The position numbers and the translations under genes are program-made. A DNA stretch of 64,000 bases from Octopus sinensis. Its lineage: Eukaryota. Positions 26,790-38,535 of this stretch are shown here, one piece after another (the first letter of the stretch is position 1; every line of letters begins with the position of its first letter). The notes beneath the pieces were generated by a model, which was given only the letters and a program-made list of their open reading frames with translations, was not told the DNA's origin and made no database searches. The stretch is taken from NCBI RefSeq assembly GCF_006345805.1, contig NC_043004.1:89280001-89344000 (forward strand). The letters are read 5' to 3'.

Positions 26790-27267
26790 TGTGTGGGTTT
26801 GTTTCTTTTTAAGTGTGTGGGACAAAGAGAGTGAAAAGCTATGAAAGAGATAGAGGGACAGAGAGGTAGAAAGAAAAAGAGGGAGAGAAAGTGAGAGAGA
26901 GAGAGAGAAGACAGAGGGGGGAGAAGGGTGAACCCATCAGACTACAAGGTAAATACGTCCATATACAGTAAACTTCTGTTATCAGATTTACTTGGAATGT
27001 ATATGACTTACTTCCCTTCGCATTTATTGTTTATCTTAAACCAAAGAAAAGTCAGAAACTCTCCAACACACGGATTGTTTATTACGTTCAACTATTTTTT
27101 TTTTTTTTATGCTTCACAATTATGTTTATCACACATATTTTCTATTGTAAAATACACCTAAAAAGAATTTGTTGTCTTTTCTGGTCTTGAATTAATGTAA
27201 TATATGATATCTGGTATTTAAAATACCAACCAATAAAAGAGATCCCTAAGTCAGCAAGACCCCCAAC

Positions 27268-27529
27268 CAGGAGCATAGCTAGGGTGGGGCAAGCAGGGCA
27301 CATGCCACTTTGAGTAGGGTGCACAATTTTGGCCAAGATCATTTTCTAATTAAGCTATTAAAAAAATTCTTTAACCTTTTCAGGCATGGTTTGTTTTGCA
27401 TATCGCCATGCAAATTTTTAAAACCAGTTATTCAATTTTCTATGCAAATTCCTACTTTTTGGTTGTGGAATGGGAGGAGCATAATTTTGATGCTTGTCCT
27501 AGGCACTTTTTACCCTAGCTGTGCCCCTG
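27268..27529. mobile_element. hAT-like MITE
   Basis: TIRs CAGGAGCATAGCTAGGGT / ACCCTAGCTGTGCCCCTG. 8-bp TSD CCCCCAAC at 27260-27267 and 27530-27537. Confidence 0.8.
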
Positions 27530-28129
27530 CCCCCAACATTTTACCATTGCAACCCATTTCAGTAAATTGCTAATCCTCTGAAATCCCCACATTTTTTTTT
27601 TAATCCTTTATCTCTTATTGTTTTAGTCATTAGACTGAAATCATGCCAGGACACTACCTTGAACGGTTTTAGCCTGGAGCTTATTATATCAATCACTTTT
27701 ACCAAACTGCTAAGTTACAGAAACTGCGTAAGAAGCCCACTGTATGTTTGTGTGTGTGTGTGCATGTGTGTGTATACATACATATATATAATCATCATCA
27801 TCGTCATTGTTGTTTAACATCTGCTCTCTATACTGGCATGGGTTGGACGGTTTGACTCCAGCTGTCTGTTGAGGTATGGTTTCTATGGCTGGATGCTCTT
27901 CCTAACACCAACCACTCAATAGAGTGTGCTGGGTGCTTTTCATGTGCCACCAGCACAGGTGAATTTATACAGCACTGGAGTGGGTGCGTTAACACAGCAT
28001 TGGTACAGGTGCTTTTTATGTTGCACCAGCACCTGAGAGGACAAGCCTGTGTGTGGAAGACAGTGATTTCACTTACCTTGAGGTGTCTTATCAAGTACAG
28101 CAAATTACCACCTCTCCTGGTCCCTTGTC

Positions 28130-29368
28130 ATTTCCTCAGCAAGGCCTAGCATCAGAAGATCCTTTCACACCACTCCATCTCACGTTTTCCTGGGTCTACC
28201 CCTTCCACTGGTTCTCTCCACAATTAGAGCTCAGCACTTCTTTATGCAGCTGTCCTCATGACCAAACCAGCACAGCCTTTTCTCTTACACACAACATCTA
28301 ATGCCTCTTATACAAAGTTTTCCTCTTAAATCATTTACACTTGCATGCACACTGACATTACCCATCCAGTGGAGCATGCTAACTTCATTTCTTTCAAACC
28401 TTCACAAGTCCTCTGTAGTCAAAGCCTATATTTCACTGCCAAGTAACATAGCTGTATGTACACAGGCATCATACAATCTGCTTTTCACTCTGAGGAAGAG
28501 GTCCTTAATTACCAACAAAGGTAGAAGCTCTCTGAACTTCACCCAGCCCATTCTTATCCTAGCAACTACACTTTCAGAACTCCCCCACTGCTAACTTGGT
28601 CTCCTAGATAACAAATGATTCACCTGAGCATTTGAGGGAGCCTATTGTCTGCGTATTTTTACTGCTTATTGTACCTGCACATTTGTCACACACAAAGACT
28701 ATATTCTCCTTCTTTTGATACCACTGCACCTCTTACGTGTTCAAAGCTTGCACTGGGTACAACACATGGAGTTTCTACCAACACCCTTCTTACACACTGA
28801 GCAGGGCCATCTCCCAGAAGGGATTTGTGACTTGTCTGTTTTCCTACTTAATAGGACTTTAGTTTTTGCTGGATTAACGCTAAAGCCCTTATATTCCAAA
28901 CCTTGTTTCCACACCTGAAGTTTCTTCTCTAGGTCAGATAGTAATTCAGGTATAAGAACAAAGTCATCAGTGTAGATGTAGATGAGTTCCCAGGGACAGC
29001 TGATCTTGAATTCTTCTGTTAAGGCCTAGAGGACTAAGATAAACAGGAGGGGGCTGAGAACTGAGTCTTGGTGGAGTCCTACCTGTACACTGAATTCATT
29101 GCTATACTCATTGCCAAACTTCACCTTACTGGCAGCATCCCTGTACATGGCTTGTACAGCTCTTACTAACCACTCATCTACCCCTAGCTTCCACATTGAC
29201 CACCAGATAAGGGAGTAGGGGACCCTGTCAAAGGCTTTCTCCATGTCAACAAAAGCCAGGTACAGAGGTTTATTTTTGGCTAGATATTTCTCCTGCAGTT
29301 GCCTAACGAGGAGTATAGCATCTCTTGTGCTTCTACTTGGCACAAATCCGAACTGCACCTCATCTACA
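28130..29368 (-). mobile_element. Decayed RTE-clade LINE reverse transcriptase
   Basis: QFGFVPSRSTRDAILLVRQLQEKY...LAFVDMEKAFDRVP...VGLHQDSVLSPLLF, followed by a disrupted YTDD motif and frameshifted sequence. Confidence 0.88.
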
Positions 29369-29751
29369 CTACATACATACCTACACACATACATACATAC
29401 GCACATACATACACACACACATGCACACACACACATACATACATATATATATATATATATAATATATATATATATATTATAATAATAATAATATTGTGTG
29501 TGTGTGTGTGTATGTGCAATTGTGTGTGTCTTCATGTATGTTTGTCCCCATTCAACAGCTGGTGTTGATTTGTTAACATTCCCATAATTTAGCAGTTCAG
29601 AGAAAATGATAGACAGAATAAGCACCAGACTTAGAAAAAACTAAGTATCAAAGTCAATTTATTCAGCTAAATACTTCGAGAGAGTGCCCCAGCATGGCCT
29701 TAGTCCAATGACTGAAACAAGCAAAAATAAAATAAAAGATATTTTAAAATA

Positions 29752-29916
29752 GGTGCAGGAGTGGCTGTGTGGTAAGTAGCTTGTTTACCAACCACATGGT
29801 TCCGGGTTCAGTCCCAATGCATGGCACCTTGGGCAAGTGTCTTCTACTATAGCCTTGGGCCGACCAAAGCCTTGTGAGTGGATTTGGTAGACGGAAACTG
29901 AAAGAAGCCCGTCGTA

Positions 29917-29963
<47 letters not shown>

Positions 29964-30190
29964 GCGTGTGTGTGTTTGTGTGTTTGTGTTTGTCCCCCTA
30001 GCATTGCTTGACAACCGATGCTGGTGTGTTTATGTCCCCGTTACTTAGCGGTTCGGCAAAAGAGACCGATAGAATAAGTACTGGGCTTACAAAAGAATAA
30101 GTCCCAGGGTCGAGTTGCTCGATTAAAGGCGGTGCTCCAGCATGGCCTTAGTCCAAATGACTGAAACAAGCAAAAATAAAATAAAAGAGT
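29752..30190 (+). mobile_element. tRNA-derived SINE family A, full-length copy
   Basis: Head GGAGTGGCTGTGTGGTAAG...GGTTCAGTCCC (A/B boxes), body CACCTTGGGCAAGTG, central (TA/TG)n, tail GCTCCAGCATGGCC..GACTGAAACAAG. More than 15 full or partial copies in the window. Confidence 0.85.
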
Positions 30191-30289
30191 ATATTCCAAA
30201 CCCCATCACCAACAGACTAGACTAGATGCTATTTCCGCCTCCTTTCTCCAAGATATTCCATTGATATTGTCTTTCTTGCCTTAATTTAG

Positions 30290-30413
30290 ATGTGAGTGGC
30301 CAACGGTGATAAAAAGACATACAGTGATAGCCAGACTTCTTCATCCGGTCAATATGGGCTGCACCAGTCAAGAAGTCGTCTTTGTGATTTTGGTTGTGGC
30401 TTCCAACAAAGAG
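30290..30413 (+). CDS. SLC4A11: SLC4A11-like exon
   Basis: tttAG acceptor, GTGGGT donor at 30414. (L)CEWPTVIKRHTVIARLLHPVNMGCTSQEVVFVILVVASNKE resembles KRHVCISRLVRPQNWG..EVRFVILVLAP. Phase 2 in, phase 0 out. Confidence 0.92.
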
Positions 30414-30499
30414 GTGGGTACATGTATTTTGTCACTAACGAAACATTCTTTGTTCTTAACACTTGATTTATTCATATCTGAAAATAAGGGTAATAGTAA

Positions 30500-30990
30500 T
30501 AATGATAATCCTTTCTACAATAGGCACAAGGCCTAGAATTTTGGGGGAGGGAGCAAGTTGATTACATCAACCCCAGTATGCGACCGGTACCTATTTAATC
30601 AACCCCACAAGGATGAAAGGCGAAGTCGACCTCAACAGAATTTGAACTCAGAATGTAAAGACAGACCAAATGCTGCTAAGCATTTTGCCCAGTGGGCTAA
30701 CGATTCTAGTAGCTAGCCACCTTTAATAATAATAATAATAATAATGATAATAAATGCCTATTTCTTTATTACCCACAAGGGGCGAAACACAGAGGGGACA
30801 AACAAGGACAGGCATAGGTATTAAGTCGATTACATCGACCCCAGTGCGTAACTGGTACTTAATTTATCGACCCCGAAAGGATGAAAGGCAAAGTCGACCT
30901 CGGCGGAATTTGAACTCACAACGTAACGCAGACGAAATACTGCTAAGCATTTCGCCCGGCGTGCTAACATTTCTGCCAGCTCGCCACCTT
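30500..30990 (-). mobile_element. Two tandem SINE family B copies
   Basis: Reverse-complement matches at about 30500-30725 and 30757-30990. Further copies at 23705-23933 (-), 46283-46511 (+), 53755-54145 (+), 55745-55983 (-), 57865-58080 (-) and 60845-61200 (+). Confidence 0.78.
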
Positions 30991-31004
30991 AATAATAATA
31001 ATAA

Positions 31005-31560
31005 ATGCCGTGATGCAGTACCAGGCAGTGGGTCTCATGGCTTCTGATCCTAACTGATTGGGAGTGTTATCATGTACATTGTTTTGTCTTGGTATAAAAG
31101 ATGGGCTACAGCAAATATTCTGCTCAATACCACAGATTTGCTTGTCAGTTGTTTGACCTTAACCAGTTGACCATGTCCCTTGGTGGCTGATGATATGTGC
31201 ATCTCTGATCATGAGCAGAAGTAGTGGTGGAGCATCATAGCCATGTGTTGAGAGGGATTCTTTAGGGTTTGAATAATTCACCTCTGGATACATGGGTGTT
31301 TCATTCAACATCCTTAAACAACCCTTATTCAGGGACCTTTTGAGTGGGATGGGTTACTCGACCAGAAGAAAATTCTAATTGGGCCCCACCTACAAGGTCA
31401 TGTGCTGTTTATCTTGATATGAGATCACCATGTCACACACATATGGTTGTGGTGCTTGTGCCTGATGTACCCTTATCAGACGGGTAGTCATAATGGGTAT
31501 ATTGGGCTTCGTATATTTTACCCCAGCGTCACTTTGATGGCATGCACTGCTCTCTCACTC
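31005..31560. repeat. Interspersed repeat of about 550 bp, second copy at 14735-15210
   Basis: Near-identical sequence (ctcatggcttctgat...gtacccttatcagacgggtagt) at both loci, each next to (TAA)n. Confidence 0.75.
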
Positions 31561-31734
31561 AATGATAATGATGATGATGATGATCATGGTTTCAACTTTT
31601 GGCACAAGGTCTGCAAGTTCAGGGAAGGGAATAAGTTGATAACATTGGCCCTATTTGCATGACACCGCTATCTGCCATGACCATGATTTTGCTCAGCTTG
31701 GGTTTTCTTCTCAAACACGACATAATGGCAAATC

Positions 31735-32147
31735 TCTTTTACTCTTTTACTTGTTTCAATCATTTGACTGCAGCCATGCTGGAGCACTGCCTTTAGTTGA
31801 GCAAGTCGACCCCAGGACTTATTCTTTGTAAGCCTAGTACTTATTCTATCGGTCTCTCTTGCCGAACCGCTAAGCTACATGGACATAAACACACCAGCAT
31901 CGGTTGTCAAGCAATGTTGGGGGGGGGGATGAACACAGACACACAAATACACACACATATATATATATATACATAATATACATATACATATATACGGCAG
32001 GCTTCTTTCAGTTTCCATCTACCAAATCAACTCACAAGGCTTTGGTCAGCCTGAGGCCATAGTAGAAGACACTTGCCCAAGGTGCCTCGCAGTGGGACTG
32101 AACCCGGAAACATGTGGTTGGTAAGCAAGCTACTTACCACACAGCCA
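31735..32147 (-). mobile_element. SINE family A
   Basis: Reverse complement of the 29752 copy. Confidence 0.8.
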
Positions 32148-32639
32148 AAACAAAAATTAGTACAGGGGTCAATCTGTATAACAAAAACTCTTTGAGGCAG
32201 TGCTGTAGCATGGCCACAGTCCTATGACTGAAACAAGTTAAAGAGAGAAGATAAAAGATTAGTTGAAAACCGGTCATAAACATTGCCTTACATGCAATAT
32301 TACTGTCTTCAATTTACACAACTGTAAACTTGAAACATTTCCAAATTAACATTCAATAGGTGATTGATGGAAAGGATATTAAGCAATAAGATAATATTAG
32401 AAAAAAAATATAGAAATTTCCAGAACAATTCAATCAATGGGAAGCTTGAATAAACTATTAAATTAATAAATAAGTAAATAAAGAAAGTCTCTTAACGGCC
32501 TTTCAGTAATGGCCTCCATAAAAACACGAAATAAAATAGCTGCTCTTGTTAAAATTCTAAACTATCGCTCTATAAAAAAAGAAGACACTGGCATAAGGTT
32601 GGTTACAGCTGTTAGCAAAAAAAATATGTGCATATATAT

Positions 32640-32685
<46 letters not shown>

Positions 32686-32701
32686 ATATATATATATATA
32701 T

Positions 32702-32734
<33 letters not shown>

Positions 32735-32796
32735 GTATATATATATATATCTCATCATCATCATATTTCATATATATGTGTATGTATGTATGCATG

Positions 32797-32845
<49 letters not shown>

Positions 32846-32860
32846 GTATGTATATATAGA

Positions 32861-32900
<40 letters not shown>

Positions 32901-32933
32901 ATATATACATATATGTGTATGTATATATATATA

Positions 32934-32968
<35 letters not shown>

Positions 32969-33181
32969 ACAATGATAAATATCAAAGTGAGTTATATACA
33001 GTAGCGGTAACACATCGTGACGTATTTTTGCCATTTCAATATGGCTAACCCCTAAGGGTGGATGCTACTGTAGTTTTTAGCCCCAGGAGGACACACTCCT
33101 CCAGCTGGCCATAGACACACTATCTGTGTCCTGTCAGTATTTGCAAAGGGAAGTCATCCTTCCCGTCTTCAACTTATGATA

Positions 33182-33226
33182 CACACGGACTCGAGTTTCG
33201 AGGTATTGACCTCTCGTCAGCGTGTG
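33182..33226 (-). ncRNA. Type I hammerhead ribozyme, intact core, antisense copy
   Basis: Exact reverse complement of the 33489-33533 motif. Confidence 0.88.
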
Positions 33227-33488
33227 ACAATCATAGTTGTCGCCGAGAATTAGATTTCCTTCACAAATACTTATACTTTTTCCAGCGCCCACTGTCGCTG
33301 ATATTGAAAAAGTGAAATCAAACAATGATAAATATCAAAGTGAGTTATATACAGTAGCGGTAACACATCGTGACGTATTTTTGCCATTTCAATATGGCTA
33401 ACCCCTAAGGGTGGATGCTACTGTAGTTTTTAGCCCCAGGAGGACACACTGTGAAGGAAATCTAATTCTCGGCGACAACTATGATTGT

Positions 33489-33533
33489 CACACGCTGACG
33501 AGAGGTCAATACCTCGAAACTCGAGTCCGTGTG
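33489..33533 (+). ncRNA. Type I hammerhead ribozyme, intact core, predicted cleavage after C33527
   Basis: CACACG-CUGACGA-GAGGU(CAAU)ACCUC-GAAA-C(UCGA)G-UC/CGUGUG: 6-bp stem I (extendable), 5-bp stem II, palindromic minimal stem III, GUC triplet. Confidence 0.9.
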
Positions 33534-33841
33534 TATCATAAGTTGAAGACGGGAAGGATGACTTCCCTTTGCAAATACTGACAGGACACAGATAGTGTGT
33601 CTATGGCCAGCTGGAGGAGTGTGTCCTCCTGGGGCTAAAAACTACAGTAGCATCCACCCTTAGGGGTTAGCCATATTGAAATGGCAAAAATACGTCACGA
33701 TGTGTTACCGCTACTGTATATAACTCACTTTGATATTTATCATTGTTTGATTTCACTTTTTCAATATCAGCGACAGTGGGCGCTGGAAAAAGTATAAGTA
33801 TTTGTGAAGGAAATCTAATTCTCGGCGACAACTATGATTGT

Positions 33842-33886
33842 CACACGCTGACGAGAGGTCAATACCTCGAAACTCGAGTCCGTGTG
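33842..33886 (+). ncRNA. Type I hammerhead ribozyme, intact core, predicted cleavage after C33880
   Basis: Same sequence as 33489-33533, exactly 353 nt downstream. Confidence 0.9.
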
Positions 33887-34062
33887 TATCATAAGTTGAA
33901 GACGGGAAGGATGACTTCCCTTTGCAAATACTGACAGGACACAGATAGTGTGTCTATGGCCAGCTGGAGGAGTGTGTCCTCCTGGGGCTAAAAACTACAG
34001 TAGCATCCACCCTTAGGGGTTAGCCATATTGAAATGGCAAAAATACGTCACTATATATATAT

Positions 34063-34108
<46 letters not shown>

Positions 34109-34198
34109 TACATATATATACATACACATATACACATACATGTATGTATGTATTTGTATCTATGTATGTATATATAGGTTAAAAACACAAGTAACACA

Positions 34199-34585
34199 GG
34201 TGCAAGAATGGCTGTGTGGTAAGCAGCTTGCTTACCAACCACATGGTTCCAGGTTCAGTCCCACTGCATGGCAACTTGGGCAAGTGTCTTCTACTATAGC
34301 CTCGGGCCGAACCAAAACCTTGTGAGTGGATTTTGTAGACCAAAACTGAAAGAAGCCCGTCACATATATATATATGTGTGTGTATGTGTGTATGTGTTTG
34401 TCCCCCAACATTGCTTGACAATCGATGCTGGTGTGTTTATGTCCCTGTCACTTAGTAGTTCGGCAAAAGAGACCGATAGAATAAGTAGTAGGCTTACAAA
34501 GAATAAGTCCTTAGGTCAATTTTCTCGACTAAAGGTGGTACTCCAGCATAGCCGCAGTCAAATGACTGAAACAAATAAAAGAAAT
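34199..34585 (+). mobile_element. SINE family A
   Basis: Full-length match to the 29752 copy. Confidence 0.8.
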
Positions 34586-35147
34586 GAAGAGTTTGTATTG
34601 GCAAAAAGGATCAAGCAAGGGGCCAATTAAATATATTAACATATTCCCAGTTAATATAATTATAGAACTATGAAGTGCAAGCATGGCTCAATGCTTAAGC
34701 AGTTTGCTTCCTGACTACACGTGTTCAGGTTCAGTCCCACTGCGTGGCACCTTGGGCAAGTGTCTTCTACTATATTCTCAAGTCAACCAGAGCCTCATAA
34801 GTGGAAACTGAAAGAAGCCCATCATGTATATCTGACACTTCATCAGTATCATCTTCTCCCATTTTTCAGCCAGGTAGCCATGCATTTCCTCTAGAGTAGG
34901 GTACCTGTTCATGTCCCTTCTGTCGTATTTTAACCTATCATCACCTGATATAAAAACACCTCCCTCAAAGCTACACCCATTTCAATCAAGGGATGCTACT
35001 TGCTATCCTTACTAGTGCTAGTGACATGAAAAGGGTCCCAATGCACCCTGTAACATGGTTAGCATTAGGAAGGACATCAAATCCATAGAAACCATACCAA
35101 ACCAGACACTGGAGCACAATGCAGTCCCTTGGACTTGTTGAATTCTG

Positions 35148-35455
35148 TGGTGGTGGTGTTGGTAGTGATGATGATGATGATGATGATGATGAAGATGATG
35201 ATGAAGATGATGATGAAGATGATGATGAAGATGATAATGATGATGATAATGATGATGATGATGATGATGGAGGTGATAATGATGATGATAATGATGATTA
35301 TGGTGTTGTTGTTGATGGTGGTGGTGATAGTGGTGGTGGTGTTGGTGGTGGTGGTTGAGGTGGTGGTCATCATGGAGGTAGTCGTAGCGGTGAAAGTGGA
35401 GTTGATGATGGTGATGATGGTGATGATGATGATGATGATGGCTATGATGATGAGA
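35148..35455. repeat. (GAT/GGT)n microsatellite
   Basis: Visible directly. Confidence 0.9.
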
Positions 35456-36419
35456 ACACTCTGGTGCCATGTTATTAAGAAATCATAACCCAAGCTTCCA
35501 AAATTAAACCAAAACTTCTCTTTCTTCATGGAATCTTAGGCAATCCTACCGTGCTCTGCAGTCACACTTAGATTGGTAAACATGGTAACAACTGTGTGAA
35601 ATAAATATTTTATTATCATCATCATCATCATCATTAAATACAACATCATCATCAGCAGCAGCATTTTCCCCTAGGTATTTAAAATAAGCAAAGACTTCAT
35701 CATCATCATCATCATCGTTTAAGATCCGTTTTCCATGCTGGCATGGGTTGGACGGTTTAAATGGGGACTGGCAAGCCAAGAGGTCGCACCAGGCTCCAGT
35801 CTGATCTGGCAATGCTTCTACAGCTTGATGCCCTTCCTAACACCAACCACTCCAAGAGTGTAGTGGGTGCTTTTTGTGTGCCACCAGCACAGAAGCCAGT
35901 CAGGCGGCACTGGCATCGGCCACGTTCGGATGGTACTTTTTACGTGCTACTAGCACAGGAGTCAGTTGGGGTGGGAGGTGGGGGGACCTGGCATCAACCA
36001 CATTCAGATGGTGCTTTTTACATGCCACTGGCATGGGGAGCCAGTCAGGTGGCATTGGCAACGACCCATGCGTGAATGGTGCTTATTGCATGCTACCAGC
36101 AAAAGAGTATCATTTTTGCATTTGTTTTCTAAGGTTTGTCTTATTTTTTCTTTCACACCTATCTTTTTTTTGTCCTTCTATATTGTACTTGACCCAAGCA
36201 CTTGTATTAGGTTAACAAGTTCTGTAAGTTTGTCAGCAGAGATTCATATTATTACAATCCTATACAATTTAGGACAAAAACAGGTTTTTTGCTGTCTGTT
36301 GAGCTCCCTGTAGTGCATTAATTGTATGAACTAACAAAGGATCTTTTTAAATATGGTAAAATATTCAGTATACAAAACAAGGTAATCTAAATGTCACCCC
36401 AAGTACACATATATTAAAC

Positions 36420-36500
<81 letters not shown>

Positions 36501-36750
36501 CAAATGCATGCACACACACATACATACGTACATACATATACATTTATATATATATATATAAATAAGAATAAGATTGTTATTTAAAATACCAATCATATCA
36601 GGTGACTAGCACGGGAATAAAAACTTCATAGGTAATAATTATTAAAATTATAATTAAGGGTATCTAAGAGATACCACCATGCTAGATATAGCAGCCAAAA
36701 CATGGCTCTAAAATCACATTAAATGTACATACATAATACATACATACATA

Positions 36751-36799
<49 letters not shown>

Positions 36800-36862
36800 T
36801 ATATATATGCATACATATATACATACATATATATCCATACATATGTATATGCATTAAAGTAG

Positions 36863-36903
<41 letters not shown>

Positions 36904-37006
36904 TGTACATAAGTGCACACACATTACACACTCATGCATGCATACCTAGCAAACATACCTGTGTGCATGTGTATGCGTGTGTGCATGTGTATGCATGTGT
37001 GTGGAT

Positions 37007-37040
<34 letters not shown>

Positions 37041-37918
37041 ATCTTTTGCCAGAACACATTTGCAAAGAAATATATAAACATCATTGCAGAGACAAACTGA
37101 CAAACCAGTGGTTTATTTTTAACCAAAGTAACTCATGGTGTGTATTCCATCCTGGTTACACAGAAACTCGCTGATCATTATTGTTGTAAGCAAATCAAAA
37201 CAGGTTTAACACAGAATAAACATCACATTTGTGGTTATTTTTACATGTAGCTTAACAAAAAATATTATTAATTTAAAGATTAACTGAAGCAAGGGCAATG
37301 CATTTCAATAGAAATATGGTGATAAAGGGTTAAATGAATGAATGGATTTGTACAGTTCTATATTTAAGAGATGAGGAATTATGTACATTACTTACATTAT
37401 TTACATTTGACCTCATCTCCACAGCACCTTGGACAAATATATTCTACTATAGCCCAAGGCCAACTAAAACCCTGTCAATGGATTTAATAGATAGAAACTA
37501 TGTGGAAACCTAGCATATATCTGTGTGTGTGTGTGTGTGTGCACGCGCACATGTGTGTGTGTGTGTGCACGCGCACATGTGTGTGTGTGAGTGTGTGCAC
37601 ACGCGCGTTTCATTCTCCCGCCACTGCTTGACAACCAGTGTTTGTTTGTTGATGTCCTCATAACTTAGCAGTTTGGCAAAGGGGATCTGATAGACTAAGT
37701 ACCAACCTTAAATTAGTTCTGTGGTCAATTTGTTCAACTTAACGCCAGCACGACCACAGGTGGAAAAGATGGATGGATGAAGAATTAAAGTAATTTTCTT
37801 CTAAAGTAATTTACTTACCCTCGTTATGTCTTATCTTTTCTCAAGTAACAATGATTTTTCCTTGTTTCTTCTTGAAATATTTCATTAGAAAATGTTTCTA
37901 ATTCTATTTTATTTAAAG

Positions 37919-38125
37919 AAAAGTACAAAATCTGTGGTGGAAACTGCACGTACATTTTGTACTTTGTTTGCTGATATGGACTGCCGATGTCGCCTGCTTG
38001 AAGCTAAGAATGATGAAGATTTCCGGAATATCTTGAAAGAAGAAACACGCATGCTGTTTAGTAAGTTCATCAGAAACTCGAAAATAACCCTAAAAACTTG
38101 TTTAACAAAAACTGAACCAGAAGAG
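37919..38125 (+). CDS. SLC4A11: SLC4A11-like exon
   Basis: tttaaAG acceptor, GTAAGA donor at 38126. KSTKSVVETARTFCTLFADMDCRCRLLEAKNDEDF resembles [28 protein letters not shown]. Phase 0/0. Confidence 0.94.
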
Positions 38126-38329
38126 GTAAGAATAGGTAAAAGTATTTTTAAATATAAAAGCACAGGCATAGAGGTGTGGTTAAGAAGCTCACTTTGTGAT
38201 CATATGGTTTCAAGTTCGGTCCCACTATATGGCACCATGGGTGTGTGTGTCTTCTACTTTGGCCCTGGGTTGACCAATGCCTTGTGAGAGAATTTCGTAT
38301 ACAGAAATTGTGTGGAAGCCCATCATATG

Positions 38330-38535
38330 TATTGTAATGTAATGTAATGTAATGTAATGTATGTATGTATGTATGTATGTATGTATGTATGTATGTATGT
38401 ATGTATGTATGTATGTATGTATGTATGTATGTATGTATGTATGTATGTATGTGTGTATGTATGTATGTATGCATGTATGTGTGTGTGTATGTATGTATGT
38501 ATGTATTTATGTATGTATGCATGTATGTATGTGTC
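38330..38535. repeat. (ATGTA)n/(ATGT)n microsatellite inside a family A-related SINE
   Basis: Visible directly. Confidence 0.9.

Larger units (their letters stand above)
32968..34051. mobile_element. Retrozyme-like or Penelope pseudo-LTR array: 353-bp unit, about 1.4 copies in one orientation then about 1.7 copies inverted, inside a (TA)n tract
   Basis: AACAATGATAAATATC recurs at 32968 and 33321 (period 353). Orientation flips at 33450/33451. GTGAAGGAAATC recurs at 33451 and 33804. Copies look identical by eye. One HHR per unit. Confidence 0.85.

Noticed and set aside
33134-33934. Two identical 63-aa ORFs (33134-33325 - and 33743-33934 +)
   Set aside because: By-product of the inverted 353-bp repeat. 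TTG start and no recognisable domain. The conserved signal is RNA structure.
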